Shown here: positions 44,224-54,081 of the stretch, one piece after another | Numbering within the stretch: position 1 is the stretch's first letter | How the letters are laid out: the number at the start of each line of letters is the position of its first letter | Source of the DNA: Tubulanus polymorphus | Taxonomy: Eukaryota > Animalia > Nemertea | Length of the DNA: 64,000 nt | Assembly (NCBI RefSeq): GCF_964204645.1 | Contig: NC_134027.1 | Location: 16,090,485 to 16,154,484, forward strand | Direction of reading: 5' to 3' | Notes under the pieces: generated by a model | What the model was told of the DNA's origin: nothing | Databases searched by the model: none | The model's input: the letters and a program-made list of their open reading frames with translations, nothing else | Program-made: the position numbers and the translations under genes

Positions 44224-46899
44224 ATGGAGTGGGCGTCAATGTGGCGTTGTGTTTTTTTACTTGTCTTTTTTCTAGCATCTGGTGTTAAAATGGATCTAGT
44301 CAACTTAAAGGACGAGGATGTAGACAAATCCAAACCTAGTAGCGAAGACGGTGGACAAGGCAAACACTTGTTGCGTCCCAACTACGGTACGATGTTTGAA
44401 TATATGGGCAAGCTCGTTACAGGTGGTAGTCAAGGAACGACTTCTTACACGACCACTTTTGCTATACCATTACCCGATACTCTAAAAATACGCAACTCGT
44501 TAATGATTCCGCCTATGAAATGCGATACGGACAATCTGAAAAAGTTAAAATGTGAATTGTTTAACAAAATTATCAAACAACATAATCAACGATGTAACGA
44601 TAAGATTGTGATGGTCGGTGCTGTGTTAGAGAAAGCTTTGGGTACAGTGCCTATAACAAACGACTTTAAAGCAAAAGAGCAGCACGGTAAAGATAAATAC
44701 GTAAAAGATCCAAGTAAACACAGCGTTATTAACGACCCGTTGAATAGAGAGGAATTGCCCATAAAAAATGAAAACGAACATGTTCGTAAGAAACGTGCTG
44801 CGGACGATAACAGTGGTGGCACTGACGACGGATACGATTCCTCCTTTGACCCGTTAAACTCTGGCAAAAAATCAACAGGCGCAAAAGTGTTGGATTTTGT
44901 TCACAACTTACCCGGTATTAAACTCACTACTAGTATTGCCACAAACGTGTTCGGTCTACCCAGCATGGATATGGTTAACACTATGGCCAAACACATCGAA
45001 GAGACCAGGCTAGCTGCGGAATCGGCACGAAATGCTATATTTTCTCACAGTGACGAGTTGCATTCTGTCGAAATTCATTGGGACAACAAATTCAAAACCC
45101 AACGAGACGCATCACGCACCATTACAAAAGAAATCGGTGAAATCAGCTTTGAAAATCAAAAACTAGCTCAAGAGGACGCGGCTATGGAAGACACCGTTAA
45201 TGCTAGAACTGCTCTTATGACAAAAATTGTCCAGCGATTATACTTTGATTTTTACCCACAGGCCACTAAGGCAAGCATGATGTGTAACGATATTGAACAC
45301 CAACTCGAATTGCTGATGCATGGTATTATAACGATGAACACACGCGGACTATTACCACCAGAAATTATAAGTGTCCAGATGATTCAAGATAAAATACGAA
45401 GAGTTACGGAAAAACTAGGCCAAGGCGTTTTTCAACCCTTCGGGCTTAAACTCATGCATAAAAATCCAATCACCTACTACACTTTAGACAACAGTATCGC
45501 TTATACGATAAGTTCAAAATTTCTCTACATCTCTCTGTCCATGCCGCTACAACATCTCGATAGCATGTTGAACTTGTACCGAATCCACACATTTGATGTA
45601 GACGTACGAACGGGTGTCGATGCACGAGCTAGGCGTCAACCCCATCAAGAGTTCGGTTCCGATAACTACAACCCCTTGGTCTCTGGTAGTACGAGAATTG
45701 TTAATGTAGCTGATTACATTGCAATAAGTGGCTCAGGCGAATATTACTTGACCACCTCGCATAAGTATCTCAAGAGTTGTAAGGGAGTTTCAGATTCAAA
45801 AGTTGGCTCTATGTACATTTGTAATCAAATGGTGCCGTTAATGCAACACACGACCGTCGTTCAAACTTGTGAAACTGCTCTGTTTAAAAATTCAGTCGAT
45901 CTGATTAACGAAAAATGCGACTTCTATCACACAAGTCACAGTCACGAGGGTCACGCAATGCAAATCGGCCAGTCAAACTTGTTTTTAATACACGCAAGCA
46001 GTAGAGAAAACGATGTATGGACTTTAACTTGTCCACACGCCGATACCAAAGACATACCACCGAAAGTGTTCTCTATAATGTCCATACCCTGTTTCTGTTC
46101 GCTCGCCACCAAAGGATTTATCCTACCGTCTGTTCTTAGCGGCTGTGAATTGGATCCGATTGCCGGAGATACGTTAAAGGAAATAACGTTTCGTTTACCC
46201 ATCAACTCGTTTTTAATTCAGAACTTTTTGGACAACAAAGACTATGAATATCTTCCAAGCGAAATCGGAGGCAACACTCTTCAAGGAAACAACGCTCTAT
46301 GGCCGTCTTTTCACGACGATCTTACCCCTATTCAAATTCACAAACTCAAATGGTCAATGCCGTTGCAAGATGTGGTAGCCAGTATCAAGAAATATGGAAT
46401 AGACATGAAAAAGGCAGCCGCCTTAACCAATGCAAGGGTAAAAGTGTTTGCCAAGGAAATGGAAAAGGGACTCAATAGATCTCTGGACTTTAGGGATTTA
46501 GACAAATCGTTCGCTAACAAAGGGCCACTGAAAGGTTTCCACGACATTTTAAACGCACTGCCAGGCGGTATAGGGGAGGTGATCACTTGTCTTACTAGCG
46601 GCGGGTTTTTGTCGCTTATTGCATTTTGTATTCAGAGTTTGATGTTTTTAGCCGTTTATCAGTTTTGTGGTTTAAATACGTTGATATTTAAATCTTTGAA
46701 AAAACGGCATAGTCGTAAGAATAAATCATCAAATTCTGAAGACGCCGACAAAAGCTCATCCGAAAGCAATGAAGACGACGCTGACAATGCTGATGAAAAA
46801 ACAAAACTCCAAAAACGCCGCAAAAAAGACCACAACAGTTATAGTGACAGCGAAGACGAGGATAGTGATTTTTACGACGAAGACGATGAACTACTCTAA
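44224..46899 (+). CDS. Class I viral envelope fusion glycoprotein, baculovirus F / errantivirus Env-like
   Basis: Signal peptide, NYGTMFEYMGKL, furin site RKKR, long heptad region, GLLPPEIIS, LYISLSMPL..LNLYRI, Cys-rich subdomain, C-terminal TM. Confidence 0.75.
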   Translation: MEWASMWRCVFLLVFFLASGVKMDLVNLKDEDVDKSKPSSEDGGQGKHLLRPNYGTMFEYMGKLVTGGSQGTTSYTTTFAIPLPDTLKIRNSLMIPPMKCDTDNLKKLKCELFNKIIKQHNQRCNDKIVMVGAVLEKALGTVPITNDFKAKEQHGKDKYVKDPSKHSVINDPLNREELPIKNENEHVRKKRAADDNSGGTDDGYDSSFDPLNSGKKSTGAKVLDFVHNLPGIKLTTSIATNVFGLPSMDMVNTMAKHIEETRLAAESARNAIFSHSDELHSVEIHWDNKFKTQRDASRTITKEIGEISFENQKLAQEDAAMEDTVNARTALMTKIVQRLYFDFYPQATKASMMCNDIEHQLELLMHGIITMNTRGLLPPEIISVQMIQDKIRRVTEKLGQGVFQPFGLKLMHKNPITYYTLDNSIAYTISSKFLYISLSMPLQHLDSMLNLYRIHTFDVDVRTGVDARARRQPHQEFGSDNYNPLVSGSTRIVNVADYIAISGSGEYYLTTSHKYLKSCKGVSDSKVGSMYICNQMVPLMQHTTVVQTCETALFKNSVDLINEKCDFYHTSHSHEGHAMQIGQSNLFLIHASSRENDVWTLTCPHADTKDIPPKVFSIMSIPCFCSLATKGFILPSVLSGCELDPIAGDTLKEITFRLPINSFLIQNFLDNKDYEYLPSEIGGNTLQGNNALWPSFHDDLTPIQIHKLKWSMPLQDVVASIKKYGIDMKKAAALTNARVKVFAKEMEKGLNRSLDFRDLDKSFANKGPLKGFHDILNALPGGIGEVITCLTSGGFLSLIAFCIQSLMFLAVYQFCGLNTLIFKSLKKRHSRKNKSSNSEDADKSSSESNEDDADNADEKTKLQKRRKKDHNSYSDSEDEDSDFYDEDDELL

Positions 46900-47050
46900 G
46901 AACAACACACATACCCAAATGAAAATGAAAGAAACTTGTAAATTTTGTATAATTAATTGTAAATCAATTTTTATTCATTCTAATAAACACACAATCATAT
47001 ATATAGTACCTTATACCGAGTTCATTTTTAGTTTTTGATTGTTCACAATA

Positions 47051-47790
47051 AGATTAGATTAGATTAGATTAGATTAGATTTATTTTGCAAATAAATTGTA
47101 ACAAGAAATATATATATACATAATAGTAAGTTATTAAAAGTAACAATATATTATGCGAGGAGTAAGGAAAAGTCAAAGTAGACTTATGCGAGTCCTTACC
47201 CCTCAGTAACAAACACACTCGCATGCACACGCCATTCACCCTCACTTACATTCGTTACAAGACACACACAAAATTGATGGAAAAAAAAGATATAATATAT
47301 GTACAATAATGGCGTCCACGAAATAAAGAATTTAATAGGTCGAAATCAAATTTTTAACTAGAGAGCTTTTGAAGTGAACAGATGATTTTGAAGATTTTTG
47401 TTTATTGGATAAGCTATTCCAAATTCTAGCACCCTGGATTTTTGGAGATTTAATTCTGAAATTTGTTCGAGCGAAATCAACGGTTAGACTTAAAAGGTGC
47501 CGAGACGGTCGTTTGAAGTTTCTAAGGTTATAAAAATTATCAAAGATAGAAGGTAGATTGTTATTGATCTGTGAGAATACAAAAGTACTTAATTGAGATT
47601 TATAAATGTCACGTAATTTTAGGATTTCTAGTTTTCTAAAAATAGGGGATGTATGAGCTAACCAATGAGAATGGGTTATAATACGAATGGCTTTCTTTTG
47701 TAAACGAAATAGAGGGTCAATATAAACATTGGATCCATTTCCCCAAATTAGGGTCGCATACGTAAGGTGCGAGTGAACGAAACAGTATTA
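47051..47790 (-). mobile_element. 5'-truncated LINE (CR1/L2 group), absent from the ORF track
   Basis: Minus-strand translation YCFVHSHLTYATLIWG..LQKKAIRIIT..HTSPIFRKLEILK..GARIWNSL ending TAA at 47332; AATAAA plus (AATCT)6 tail at 47051-47084. Confidence 0.88.
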
Positions 47791-47873
47791 TATTTATAAG
47801 CGTTCATAACATGTAGTAGCAGTTATATATCCGATTGAATTTCCACTGTATTACGAGAGGAGAAATAAGCCAA

Positions 47874-48846
47874 GTCATTCCGCCGAACATAGAGAACCAC
47901 TGCGTGTGCCTGTGTATCTAGACCACCCTTAACCATGTTATAGGGAAGCGCGGAGATAGCGACACGGCGGTATTGTGTCCTGCGGCTGTCGGACAAGAAC
48001 CGAGACGAGATACACGATAGCAGCTGCAAGCCGTGTCAGGATGATGGTGAAATGTGTCGGAGAATCGGTGAAGTGTTGGACAAAGTGAAAAATTGTGAAG
48101 TTGGAAATTTCAAAAAAGTCCCCCAGAAAATCAAAAACAGTGACACTATACTATAGCTGGGGTACCGGGGTTCTGGGGTATCTGGGGTACTTGGGGTACC
48201 AGAAAAAACAGGTGACTGTTCCATTTTAACAGAATTTTTGGAACTTAAATTAGTACTAATTTCTGGTACCCCAAGTACCCCAGATACCCCAGAACCCCGG
48301 TACCCCAGCTATAGTATAGTGTCACTGTTTTTGATTTTCTGGGGGACTTTTTGAAAATGTTGAAAATGTCTTGGCACAAATCTCTTGCTACTGCATGTGC
48401 TTGCAGCGGCCACAGCATGCTTCGTCTCGGTTCTTGTCCGACAGCCGCGGGACACATTACCGCCGTGTCGCCCATCGCCCGCTTCCCTATACAGGGTTTG
48501 GGGTTGGTTGGTTGGTTGGTTGGACTTGTGCATTTTAGACATTAATTATAAATTGGTGGCTTACGATCGACACACACACTCGACTTGTGTTCAGCTCAGA
48601 GATGTGCCTGCGTGTGCTTGCAGCTGCATCGTGTGTCGAGTCTCGGCTCTTGTCCGACAACCGCGGGACACAATACCGCCATGTCGCCCATCGTCCGCTT
48701 CCCCTATACAGGGTAGAGTGGTTGGTTGGTTGGTTGTTCGATTACGGAACGAACTCTTTTTGGACTGAGTGATTGAGTGAGATAAGTATGTGTTATCTAA
48801 CCTCTTGGAAAAAGTTCGAACTTGGCTTATTTCTCCTCTCGTAACC
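47874..48846. repeat. Palindromic module, copy 1 of a ~1-kb direct repeat
   Basis: Nearly identical to 52002-53125; perfect ~96-bp inverted arms at ~48110-48206 and ~48259-48355. Confidence 0.92.
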
Positions 48847-49025
48847 TTACTTCTCCTCTCGTAACCCATGCACTGCATCGCAATCGAAATGGTGAGAAAT
48901 AAGCCAATAAAACAAGTACCCGCACTTGCCCACCATTCACTGCAATTCTAAATGATAAATCAATGAAATTGTCACATTGTTGGTGGTGTCCACCATTCAC
49001 TGCAGATCTAAATGCTACAAAATCA

Positions 49026-49292
49026 TCAATCTTGTGCTAATTCAGGAGTTAATTTCTCAACTTTTTGTACGCCATCGATACGAATGCATACATCATGCCC
49101 CGCCTCGTACAAATCTTCGAATCGCAACACACGGCCTCCTAACTTTTTAAACATGTCCATGTCAGAACCATAGTGAACCATGTTGGCCCGATGCAAATAG
49201 TGCATGTATTCTCGTTCAAATCCTTTTAAGCTCATCGGCTTGACCACGAGACAACATGCGTTCGTAAAAATCTCTCTTGAATTTGTTACCAA
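49026..49292 (-). pseudogene. Short gene fragment abutting a 20-bp repeat locus
   Basis: 88-aa ORF with a non-ATG start next to the repeat at 49298. Confidence 0.35.
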
Positions 49293-49297
49293 ACACG

Positions 49298-49361
49298 CTT
49301 ATTTCTCCATTTCTCACCCGGGTTACAAGAGGAGAACTAAAGATACAAGAGGAGAAATAAG
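49298..49361. repeat. Dispersed 20-bp repeat locus, cap plus 2 units
   Basis: CTTATTTCTCCATTTCTCACCCGGGTTACAAGAGGAGAACTAA-AGATACAAGAGGAGAAATAAG. Confidence 0.88.
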
Positions 49362-49547
49362 TCCATTTGGACTTGTAAAAATTCTGGTAACTCTAATAAT
49401 GTATGACTCCGCGCAAAAACATTGTCCATCTTTTTTTCTTTGGCGAAGCGGGCTGAGAGCGCGAATAGCGCGATATGTGCCGGGGAACCGCTGCGCTAGC
49501 AAAATACTGCGAGGATGTAAGCAAAAACGCCAACAAATCATTAGATA

Positions 49548-50945
49548 TTACTTGTGGTGTTTCAGCGCAGAATCGCCTAGAGTGAACGTATTGGTTTTGT
49601 TGTTCGGATTTCCTTGTAGTTTCTTGTTTTTGACATACGCAGCAATCATGTAGTCCATTATCGCTTTTTTAGAATCTCTCGATGCCAGCAATTCTGCTTG
49701 TTTCTGCGCACTCAACCTAGGTTTGGCGAAAGTTTTCATTTCGATCAGAGCAAGGGTAGGCGGATCTATACCTGAGATCTGGCGTGGTGTAAGAGGTGTG
49801 ATATTAGTTTCATCAATTGTGGTGCATCTGGTCAATTGTTGATCCACCAGACCACATACCTTCTCGCGGTAATCTCTCTCACTGGGGATTGTGCTCACAA
49901 TACCGTCAGGGGTACTGGCCATCATAAACATACCCTTGTTAGCCATACGTCCACCGAGGTAGAGATATAGAGGCGCCTTGTTGAAATCTCGCATCAAAAT
50001 CTCGACAGCATTGGATAACAAGACATCGAACGCCACATTATGAAGGTAAGTACCGGCAGCCATGGGTTGGTCGCTGGTCATGTGTTTTAAAGTGATCTTG
50101 TGGGAAATTGCCTTGGAACACTCGTCTTTACATTCGGACATCAGAGAGTCAATGGTTCATTTCATTTGATCGAAAGTCTGCGTGTTAGCAGCCACCTTCA
50201 ACCATTCCACCGGTCTTGTTAAAACCTGAGCATCTGATTCGGCTTGGCCTTTCTTGGCGATGGTTCGCGACTCTATGTATAGCATTTTCTTTGTCCAGTT
50301 GGCAAAACCTTGACTATTGGCCGTGATGATGTAGTAGGCCTCGGAAACACGGTTCTGGTCGCATAGACTCTTGATCTGTTGCTTATTAACACCGGAGTTG
50401 TAGTAACCAGTCCCATCAATAAAAGCAAGATTACACGAGCGTAATGTGTACATGTGCAAGTTGTAAATTGATTGTTGTCCAGAGGGTAATTGTAGAGCAC
50501 CTAGAGACGATCCTGCATTTTCCACCGATTTAATGACCGCCGTTGAAACGTGTTGTGCTGCAGTGGTTTTTGATCTAGCCCCGCCGTGAGCAGATGGTGG
50601 TGGGTTAAAGGACGTGGCTGGTGCTGGGGTAGATGATTGAACCGGTGGAGTCGGAGCCGGTGCAGGTGGGGTATTGATTTTGGGTAGAGTTGGTTGTTGG
50701 ACCGGCGGTGGAGCGGTAGTGGTACGTCTCCCACCAACACGACCACCTCGCTTGGGCTGCTGTTGCGGTTGTTGTTTTCGATCATCTATCTTTTTCTTGA
50801 GTTCATCATATGTAACTGCCCCCTTGGGCATAGCCGCTTTCCAAGACATTGTGAAAATGAAAAAGTAAAACAACCCTAAAAATGTTAAGATATATTTATT
50901 CATTTGGTTTACTGTACACATGATGTTATATTTTCCTTTACTCAT
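49548..50945 (-). pseudogene. Disrupted paralog of the PD-(D/E)xK nuclease at 7758
   Basis: LCDQNRV..QGFANWTK, AGTYLH.VAFD, STPDG, IEMKTF match 7758-10058; the two ORFs are one frame split by TGA at 50157-50159; C-terminal part missing. Confidence 0.85.
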
Positions 50946-51115
50946 ACGCGGTTACAAAAATATATTTTACAAAACGTTTGGTGAGATTTTTCGTACCTCA
51001 GTTGATGTTCGAGTATAAATACATTCGGACAAGACATTAAAAAAGCCAATACAAAATAAACCACCCAAACGCCATCATGTGTGAAATGAAAGCGGCCAAG
51101 CCGCTATACAAGTTA

Positions 51116-51658
51116 TCAGAGGCTGACGAGTATTGTGAAAAACACGGTGGTCGTGTATTTGCGCAAGACATTTCTGCTCACAATGCCAAAAATAAATTCG
51201 TGTCGCTTGCTTGTGTTGCACAACACGATTGTTAAGCGAGCAATGGCTCCATGTCGGCGGCAAATGAACATACATCTCCACCAGTTGATCTCTTTCCTTC
51301 GTCGACTTCTTCGTAGACGGACTCCAATGGCAATGCGTTTACGTACAACGCCGGGTCTGTGCGACGCTAACCGTCTGTCGTCCTCTTTAACGGGTGCTAA
51401 CCATTTTCGATAATCATTCTCTTTCACTTTAAATATTTGAAAAAATATGCTTTGTTTGGCCTCTGCTAATAGCTCTTGCTCTTGCTGAATAATTTCCATC
51501 GCCGTCGCCATCGCCTGTTGCTGTTGCTGTTGTTCCTGCTGTACGGGTGGTAATGCAGCACTACTAGTTGTTGTAGTATTTGGCTCTGAACCACGGGTAA
51601 TCCGGCTAACAGTAGAAGTAGGTGTAGTAGTAGGTGTAGAATCCATTTCGCGCGACAA
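51116..51658 (-). CDS. Hypothetical protein with Thr- and Gln-rich N-terminus and basic region
   Basis: 180-aa ORF, likely ATG at MDSTP. Confidence 0.5.
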   Translation of the reverse strand: MSREMDSTPTTTPTSTVSRITRGSEPNTTTTSSAALPPVQQEQQQQQQAMATAMEIIQQEQELLAEAKQSIFFQIFKVKENDYRKWLAPVKEDDRRLASHRPGVVRKRIAIGVRLRRSRRRKEINWWRCMFICRRHGAIARLTIVLCNTSKRHEFIFGIVSRNVLRKYTTTVFFTILVSL

Positions 51659-51726
51659 GTTTACTTCCGATGGTGATGTACGAGTAAAAAGTAACTTGAA
51701 CTAGCAGGTAGTCCTCGAAGTTTTGT

Positions 51727-51990
51727 GCAAATTTTCAGGCTCAGCGGAGTGTGGGAACGTATAGATTGGTAATGGGGATCAAGGTGATCAAGGGGTGTAC
51801 ACGTGTAGGGTCACCCCTATTCTGAAAAAATCCCTCTGCGCGGAAAAACGCCGTTGTCTCGATTGAAATGGACTAAGGTAGTTGGCGGCATGTCTTTTGC
51901 AAAGTTTCAGGCTCATCGGAGTTTGGGAATGTGTAGATGGCGAGGCGATTAAGGGGTGTACAGGGGTAGGGTCACCCCCCATATGAAAAA
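51727..51990. repeat. Imperfect direct repeat, ~170-bp period
   Basis: TTTCAGGCTCA.CGGAGT.TGGGAA..AAGGGGTGTACA..GTAGGGTCACCCC present twice. Confidence 0.75.
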
Positions 51991-52001
51991 TTTTCATCTG
52001 C

Positions 52002-53125
52002 GTCATTCAGCCGAACATAGAGAACCACTGCGTGTGCCTGTGTATCTAGACCACCCTTAACCATGTTATAGGGAAGCGCGGAGATAGCGACACGGCGGTA
52101 TTGTGTCCTGCGGCTGTCGGACAAGAACCGAGACGAGATACACGATAGCAGCTGCAAGCCGTGTCAGGATGATGGTGAAATGTGTCGGAGAATCGGTGAA
52201 GTGTTGGACAAAGTGAAAAATTGTGAAAGTTGGAAATTTCAAAAAAGTCCCCCAGAAAATCAAAAACAGTGACACTATACTATAGCTGGGGTACCGGGGT
52301 TCTGGGGTATCTGGGGTACTTGGGGTACCAGAAAAAACAGGTGACTGTTCCATTTTAACAGAATTTTTGGAACTTAAATTAGTACTAATTTCTGGTACCC
52401 CAAGTACCCCAGATACCCCAGAACCCCGGTACCCCAGCTATAGTATAGTGTCACTGTTTTTGATTTTCTGGGGGACTTTTTGGAAAATGTTGAAAATTTG
52501 GCCAAGTTCGAAAATTTTTCATTTTCCATTCACCATAATATATGATGTTTATTCTTGACTTTATGCCATGTCAGACTCATACGGCTCACTGTGCTGCTGC
52601 TGCATCATTGCCTTAGCTCCATGTCTTGGCACAAATCTCTTGCTACTGCATGTGCTTGCAGCGGCCACAGCATGCTTCGTCTCGGTTCTTGTTCGACAGC
52701 CGCGGGACACATTACCGCCGTGTCGCCCATCGCCCGCTTCCCTATACAGGGTTTGGGGTTGGTTGGTTGGTTGGTTGGTTGGTTGGTTGGTTGGTTGGTT
52801 GGACTTGTGCATTTTAGACATTAATTATAAATTGGTGGCTTACGATCGATACACACACTCGACTTGTGTTCAGCTCAGAGATGTGCCTGCGTGTGCTTGC
52901 AGCTGCATCGTATGTCGAGTCTCGGTTCTTGTCCGACAACCGCGGGACACAATACCGCCGTGTCGCCCATCATCCGCTTCCCCTATACAGGGTAGAGTGG
53001 TTGGTTGGTTGGTTGTTCGATTACGGAACGAACTCTTTTTGGACTGAGTGATTGAGTGAGATAAGTATGTGTTCTCTAACCTCTTGGAAAAAGTTCGAAC
53101 TTGGCTTATTTCTCCTCTCGTAACC
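52002..53125. repeat. Palindromic module, copy 2
   Basis: Matches 47874-48846 plus ~120 bp extra at ~52498-52620 and a longer (GGTT)n tract. Confidence 0.92.
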
Positions 53126-53170
53126 CGCTATTTCTCCATTCGTAACCTTATTTCTCCTCTTGTAACTTTA
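53104..53170. repeat. Dispersed 20-bp repeat locus, 3 units
   Basis: TATTTCTCC...GTAAC x3. Confidence 0.85.
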
Positions 53171-53546
53171 TCTCATCTACTTTCGTAGAGCATCGGGGAC
53201 ATGTGTTTTTATTGTTCTTTATACAAGGCCGGTACACTAGCGTTTCACAACAGCGCTTTAGCTCGCAAGATCCCACATACAATCGCTCACACGCATGTGC
53301 CCGTCATCGTATTACTTATAGAGTCTGGTAGCGGCGTCGATGGAAACATACACGCAAATTCTTGAAGCACCAAATGACTTGGAATGTTTTATACTTCCTT
53401 CTGGCACCTCCTGCAATAAGACGATTGAGTCTGGGTAAACGGCGGATGATGATGTACACATGGGTAAAGTTGTTTTGTTGTGGCGGAGTTGTATTGACGA
53501 ATGGAGTATGGTCTGAGTAGGGTTGTGCTTCTTTACATTTCACACA

Positions 53547-53949
53547 TCAGAAGGTTGCTTCACCCCAAACATCATGTTTTCAAATCCACCACCATTCGCA
53601 GGATAGGGTGGAGGAGCTACAGAACCACCAGGCACTGTGTTTGGCATGGTTATAACAGTTGTAGGAGTATGGATAATTCCTAGATTTCTATTATTCTTAC
53701 ATGGCGCACAGCAACAGCAACAAAATCCACAAAAACAATCACTAATTACTGCTAATACAGCTAAGAGACCAAAAAACCACCAACATAGACTGTAGTTTTA
53801 TCGTAACATTTTCCATTTATATAGACTTCATCATCAAGTGAGCAGATGTAATCACCAACGGCATCATCGTCATTCGAATCATAATTGAACTCAGCATTAG
53901 CAATATTGGACAATAAAAAACAACCAAATAACACTATGTTGATTTTCAT
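53547..53949 (-). pseudogene. Frameshifted Shisa/WBP1-like small membrane adaptor
   Basis: Signal peptide and Cys ectodomain in one frame; WWFFGLLAVLAVI TM, CFCGFCCCCCAPC cluster and APPPYP in the next frame. Confidence 0.6.
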
Positions 53950-54081
53950 CTTTTAACATGCATGTGGGCGCCAAAACTAACTTTTTTGTCTTATTACTAT
54001 TGATGGTTAGAATATTTTCTAACAATATTTTCTCTCTAACTTCTCATATCAATAACACGAAACAAACTCTAACCGGATATG

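Noticed and set aside
47823-48878. Short ORFs inside the palindromic modules (also 51972-53051)
   Set aside because: Products of inverted and microsatellite repeats with no protein-like features
12039-50159. Alternative genetic code with TGA reassigned
   Set aside because: TGA is the genuine terminator of long genes (e.g. 7634, 10058), and TAA and TAG interruptions also occur
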